Source: Alphaproteobacteria bacterium
GTDB lineage: Bacteria; Pseudomonadota; Alphaproteobacteria; Bin95
Assembly (NCBI GenBank): GCA_965206075.1
Contig: CBDBIS010000005.1
Location: 3,455,813 to 3,519,812, forward strand
DNA: 64,000 nt
Direction: 5' to 3'
The notes under the pieces were generated by a model. The model was given only the letters and a program-made list of their open reading frames with translations, was not told the origin of the DNA and did not search any database. This document shows, in pieces, positions 59,845 through 64,000 of this stretch (position 1 is the first letter of the stretch; each line of letters opens with the position of its first letter). The position numbers were made by a program, and so were the translations under genes.

Positions 59845-61334
59845 ACGACCTGTCCTCGTGGGTCGAGAAGAATGCCGCCTTCGCCCCGTCGAAGACCGCG
59901 ATCCGCTTCGAGGGCGAGGATATCGACTATGCGGGTTTCGCGGAGACGATCCGCGGATATGCGCGGGCGCTGAAGACGGTCCATGGCGTCGGGCGCGGCG
60001 ACCGGGTCGCCTATCTCGGCTTCAACAGCCCCGCGATGCTGGCGCTCTTCTTCGCCTGCGCGCGGATCGGCGCGATGTTCTCGCCGCTCAACTGGCGCCT
60101 GGTGGCGCCCGAGCTCGCTTATATTCTGGCCGACTCCGCGCCCCGGCTGCTGGTCGCGGACGCCGTCCACGCCGGCCTTGCGGTCGAGGCGGCGGCCTGC
60201 CCGGACACCGCCGTCATCCCCGCGGACAGGATCGCAAGCGAAGCGGAAACGGCCGGAGGCGACGACCTCGACGCGCATGTCGGGCCGGAGACCCCCTGCC
60301 TTCTGGTCTACACCTCGGGCACCACAGGCCGTCCCAAGGGCGCGGTGCTCGATCAGCGGGCGATCCTGGTCAACGCCCTCAACTGCGTCCACTATGCCGG
60401 GCTGAGCGACGCCGACCGCGTGCTGACGGTGCTGCCGATGTTCCATGTGGGCGGGCTCAACATCCTGACCTCCCCCGCCTTCTATGTCGGGGGAACGGTA
60501 ATCCTGCACGGCCGTTTCGAACCCGAGGCGGTGCTCCGCGCGATCGTGGAGGAGCGCCCGACGCAGCTCGTCCTGGTCCCGGCGACGATCCAGGCGGTGA
60601 TCGACCTGCCGGGCTGGGCGGAGGCGGACCTTTCCAGCCTCCGCATCCTCACCACCGGTTCCTCCATCGTGCCGCTGCACCTGATCGACGCGGTGCATGC
60701 GCGCGGCATTCCCGTATGCCAGACCTACGGGCTGACGGAGACTGCGCCGGTCTCGATCTACCAGAAGCCGGGCGACGGGATGCGCAAGCCGCGCTCGACC
60801 GGGAAATGCGGGCTCCACTGCGAGATGAGGATTGTCGACGACGACGGCAATGAGGTCCCGGTCGGCGTGTCCGGGGAAATCCTGATCCGCGGCGGCAATG
60901 TCCTTCGCCGATACTGGAACGACGAGGAGGAGACCCGCCGGGCGCTCAGGGATGGCTGGTTCCATACCGGCGACGTGGCTTACCGGGACGAGGAGGGCGA
61001 CGTGTTCGTCAACGACCGCAAGAAGGACGTCGTGATCTCCGGCGGGGAGAACATCTACCCGGCGGAGATCGAGCAGCTGGTCCACCGGATGGACGACATC
61101 GCCGATGTGGCGGTGGTCGGGCGCGAGGACGCGCGGTGGGGCGAGGTGCCGGTCGCCGTGGTCGTGCCGGTCCCCGGCGCGAAGCTCGCGGCACCGGATT
61201 TTCTCGCCCGCTTCGAGGGCCGGCTCGCCCGCTTCAAGCACCCGAAGGACGTGCTGTTCGTGGACGAACTGCCGAGGAACGCGATGGGCAAGACGCTGAA
61301 GCACGAATTGAGGGAGAGGGTGAACGGAAGCTAG
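59841..61334 (+). CDS. Acyl-CoA synthetase (AMP-forming)
   Basis: YTSGTTGRPKG, YGLTE, SGGENIYPAE, PRNAMGK motifs. Confidence 0.92.
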   Translation: MNDLSSWVEKNAAFAPSKTAIRFEGEDIDYAGFAETIRGYARALKTVHGVGRGDRVAYLGFNSPAMLALFFACARIGAMFSPLNWRLVAPELAYILADSAPRLLVADAVHAGLAVEAAACPDTAVIPADRIASEAETAGGDDLDAHVGPETPCLLVYTSGTTGRPKGAVLDQRAILVNALNCVHYAGLSDADRVLTVLPMFHVGGLNILTSPAFYVGGTVILHGRFEPEAVLRAIVEERPTQLVLVPATIQAVIDLPGWAEADLSSLRILTTGSSIVPLHLIDAVHARGIPVCQTYGLTETAPVSIYQKPGDGMRKPRSTGKCGLHCEMRIVDDDGNEVPVGVSGEILIRGGNVLRRYWNDEEETRRALRDGWFHTGDVAYRDEEGDVFVNDRKKDVVISGGENIYPAEIEQLVHRMDDIADVAVVGREDARWGEVPVAVVVPVPGAKLAAPDFLARFEGRLARFKHPKDVLFVDELPRNAMGKTLKHELRERVNGS

Positions 61335-61427
61335 GCAGGCCGGCTGCGGCCGCGCGTCCCCGAACGGGATTGGACGCCGCTTCCGCTTCGTGCCAAGAGG
61401 AAGCCTTACCGGAAGGAGTTGCATCGC

Positions 61428-62210
61428 ATGGCCCTCGTCGCCAACCGCACCAAGGAGAAGCTTGCAGCCGGAGAGCTCGCGCTCGGTCTCGGCCTGCGCC
61501 TCGCCCGCATGCCCGAAATCGCCAAGATCGCCGCAGTCTCGGGCTATGACTGGCTGTTCGTCGACATGGAGCACGGCGCGTTTTCCGTCGATACGGCGGC
61601 GCAGATCTGCGCGGCGGCGCTGGATGCGGGCATTTCGCCGATTCCGCGCGCCTCGGCCCACGAGCATTTCCATGCGACCCGACTTCTCGACGCGGGCGCG
61701 CAGGGCATCGTCGTGCCGCATGTGGACAGCCGGGCTGAGGCCGAGGCCGTGCGCGACAACTGCCTCTACCCGCCGGTCGGCAGGCGCTCGGTTGCAGGCG
61801 GCATGGCGCAGCTCGAATATGAGGCGCTGCCGACGGGCGAGGCCGCGCGGCTCATCAACGGCGCGACGCTCACCGTGGTGATGATCGAGACGGCCGAAGC
61901 CGTCGCGGCGGCGGACGAGATCGCTTCGGTCGAGGGCATCGACGCGCTGCTGATCGGCACCAACGACCTCTGCGCCACGATGGGCATACCGGGGCAGTTC
62001 GGAGACGACCGCGTCGCCGACGCCTACGACCGGGTGGTCTCCGCTGCGCGCAACAACGGCAAGCATGCCGGCATGGGCGGCGTCTATGACGAGGAGCTGG
62101 CCGGGCGCTATATCGCCATGGGCGCGCGGCTGGTGCTCGCCGGCAACGACCTGCCCCTGCTCATGGGCGCCGCCAGGGCGCGGTCGGCATTCCTGCGCGG
62201 GCTGGTGTAG
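61428..62210 (+). CDS. HpcH/HpaI aldolase family protein
   Basis: DWLFVDMEHG, LDAGAQGIVVPHV, MIET, IGTNDL motifs. Confidence 0.92.
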   Translation: MALVANRTKEKLAAGELALGLGLRLARMPEIAKIAAVSGYDWLFVDMEHGAFSVDTAAQICAAALDAGISPIPRASAHEHFHATRLLDAGAQGIVVPHVDSRAEAEAVRDNCLYPPVGRRSVAGGMAQLEYEALPTGEAARLINGATLTVVMIETAEAVAAADEIASVEGIDALLIGTNDLCATMGIPGQFGDDRVADAYDRVVSAARNNGKHAGMGGVYDEELAGRYIAMGARLVLAGNDLPLLMGAARARSAFLRGLV

Positions 62211-62228
62211 CCGCTTCGGGGAACGCGA

Positions 62229-62693
62229 TCAGAAGCCGGTGCCGGACGCGCCGCCTCCGCCCAGCTTGTAGGTGACGACGCCGCGGGCGATCTTGCGCCC
62301 GTCATCGTCCGTCACCAGCACGTCCACGACGGTGAGCGAGCGGCCCCGGCGCAGCACGGCGGCTTCCGCCGCGAGGCCGCGCCCCTGCCGGCCCGGCGAG
62401 AGGTAGTTGACCGTGAAGCCGACGGTCGCGCCCTTGGTCGCCTCGACGACGGACGGGCTTGTCCAGGCAGCGGCCGTGGCGGCCGTGTCGATCAGCGAGG
62501 CCGTCGCCCCGCCATGATAGATGCCGGCGCCGTTGCCGAGCTCCGGCCGCCACGGCAGCCGGACGATGGCGCGGTCCGCCTCGAGCAGCGCCAGTTCCAT
62601 GCCGAGATGGACGCCGTAGGGCCCGCGCACAATGGCGCCGCGGATGCGCTCCTCCCCGACCGGGCTCGGGCCCTTCTGCGCGGCCCCGCTCAC
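62229..62693 (-). CDS. PaaI-family thioesterase
   Basis: NGAGIYHGGATASLID motif. Confidence 0.9.
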   Translation of the reverse strand: MSGAAQKGPSPVGEERIRGAIVRGPYGVHLGMELALLEADRAIVRLPWRPELGNGAGIYHGGATASLIDTAATAAAWTSPSVVEATKGATVGFTVNYLSPGRQGRGLAAEAAVLRRGRSLTVVDVLVTDDDGRKIARGVVTYKLGGGGASGTGF

Positions 62694-63394
62694 CAGGGTT
62701 CCCCGAAGGGCCGGATTTCGACGTTGAACGACCAGGTCGAGCGGTCCTGATGCGCGATGCGGAAGACCTCCTCGCCGATGGCATCCGGCTTGATGAAGAA
62801 CTCGTCCGGCTTGCCGGGATGCCGCCGCCGGGTCCAGCGCAGGTCGATCACGGCGTCGATGACGATATAGGCGACATGCACGCCCTTCGGCCCGAGTTCC
62901 CGCGCCATCGACTCGGCGAGGATGCGCTGCGCCGCCTTGGTCGGCGCGAAGCCGGAGAAGCGCGGGATGCCCCGCCAGGTGGAGGTATTGCCCGTCACCA
63001 TGAGCGCGCCCTCGCCGCGCGCGATCATCGCGGGCGCCGTCAGCTGCGCCAGATAGAGGAGGCTCATGGCGTTGACCTCGAAATTGGCTTGGAGGTCCGC
63101 CGGGTCCATGTCGAGGAAGCTTCCCCAGCTTCCCCGCGCTGCATTGTGGACGACGACATGCGGGTCGCTGCCCAGCTCCTCGCGAACCCCCTCCAGCGTA
63201 GCCGCGAGGGCCTTCGCGTCGGCGATGTCGCAGGGAAACGCCGACGTGCCGGGGATCGTTTCCTCATATTCCCTGAGCCGCGACTCGGAGCGCGCCAGCA
63301 TCGCCACCCGGTAGCCGCCGGCTGCGAACCGCCGGACCACCGAGCCGCCCGTGCCGCGCCCCGCGCCCGCCACCAGTGCGATCTTCTCCGCCAT
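62690..63394 (-). CDS. Short-chain dehydrogenase/reductase
   Basis: GAGRGTG, HNA, FAPTKAAQR, ELGPKGVHVA motifs. Confidence 0.9.
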   Translation of the reverse strand: MAEKIALVAGAGRGTGGSVVRRFAAGGYRVAMLARSESRLREYEETIPGTSAFPCDIADAKALAATLEGVREELGSDPHVVVHNAARGSWGSFLDMDPADLQANFEVNAMSLLYLAQLTAPAMIARGEGALMVTGNTSTWRGIPRFSGFAPTKAAQRILAESMARELGPKGVHVAYIVIDAVIDLRWTRRRHPGKPDEFFIKPDAIGEEVFRIAHQDRSTWSFNVEIRPFGEPW

Positions 63395-63420
63395 GATCCC
63401 CCTTCCCGATCTTCTCCGCT

Positions 63421-64000
63421 TCAGGCCGGCTGGCCGATACCGCCCAGCGGCGTCCTGGCGCCGCCCGCCCTGCGCACGGCCGCCGCCCGGCGCAGCAGGA
63501 ATGCGGCAACCCCCAGATGCGCGGCATTGACGGCGACCGCGCCGACGAAAGCAACCCGGTAGCTGCCGGTAAGGTCGTGGACCGCCCCCGCGAGCCAGGC
63601 GCCCAGCGCCATGCCCAGCATGGTGAACAGCAGCGCCAGCCCGATGCGCCCGCCCGCCTGCCGGGCCGGGAAATACTCCCGGACGATAATTGCGTAGGAC
63701 GGCACGATCCCGCCCTGCGAGAGGCCGAAAAGCGCGGCGACCACGAGGAGCGCGATACGCCCGTCCGCCGGCAGGAACAGCAGCAACGCCGCCATCTGGC
63801 CGGCCGAGCCGAGCGCCAAGGTGCGCAACCCGCCGATGCGGTCCGATATCCATCCGGAACCGAGCCGGCTTACGATGCCGAACCCGTACATGAGCGACAG
63901 CATCAGCGCGCCGTCGGCGGGCCGGAGGCCGATATCGTCCGCCATGGCGACCGCATGGACCTGCGGCGCGGCCATCGCAACGCAGCAACCGAGCCCGGCA
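63421..64000 (-). CDS. MFS transporter, 5' part outside the window
   Basis: GWISDRIGG motif, multiple TM segments, GAVHDLTGSY. Confidence 0.88.
   Translation of the reverse strand, partial: AGLGCCVAMAAPQVHAVAMADDIGLRPADGALMLSLMYGFGIVSRLGSGWISDRIGGLRTLALGSAGQMAALLLFLPADGRIALLVVAALFGLSQGGIVPSYAIIVREYFPARQAGGRIGLALLFTMLGMALGAWLAGAVHDLTGSYRVAFVGAVAVNAAHLGVAAFLLRRAAAVRRAGGARTPLGGIGQPA

Overview
GC-rich (roughly 65-70% by eye) alphaproteobacterial chromosome segment. The ilvE/ompR/envZ, ATP12, pccB and Rhodospirillales-like catabolic gene content suggest a host-associated or marine lineage (inference). About 50 CDS, mostly catabolic and redox enzymes: hydantoinase A/B, two orphan xanthine-dehydrogenase-family Mo subunits, three LLM monooxygenases, a TMADH-like flavoenzyme, CoA ligases, a NicX-like cluster and an RND pump. 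Accessory elements: (i) a two-gene module with a 352-aa multidomain protein ending in a HicB-like domain plus a HicA-like toxin, downstream of a stand-alone IS630-type HTH that has a LexA-box-like promoter; (ii) an XRE-HTH/ImmA peptidase plus a DUF4411-like PIN gene inactivated by two in-frame TGA codons; (iii) a low-GC 1521-aa autotransporter adhesin next to a MITE and an integrase relic; (iv) the 5' part of a group II intron inserted in a dispersed promoter/leader/short-ORF element associated with IS481-like ends; (v) at least four families of REP/MITE-like repeats forming nested hotspots; (vi) a 50-bp gene-start duplication bracketing a 1-kb insert. No rRNA, tRNA or CRISPR array was seen. 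All family calls come from motif recognition by eye, not from database searches.
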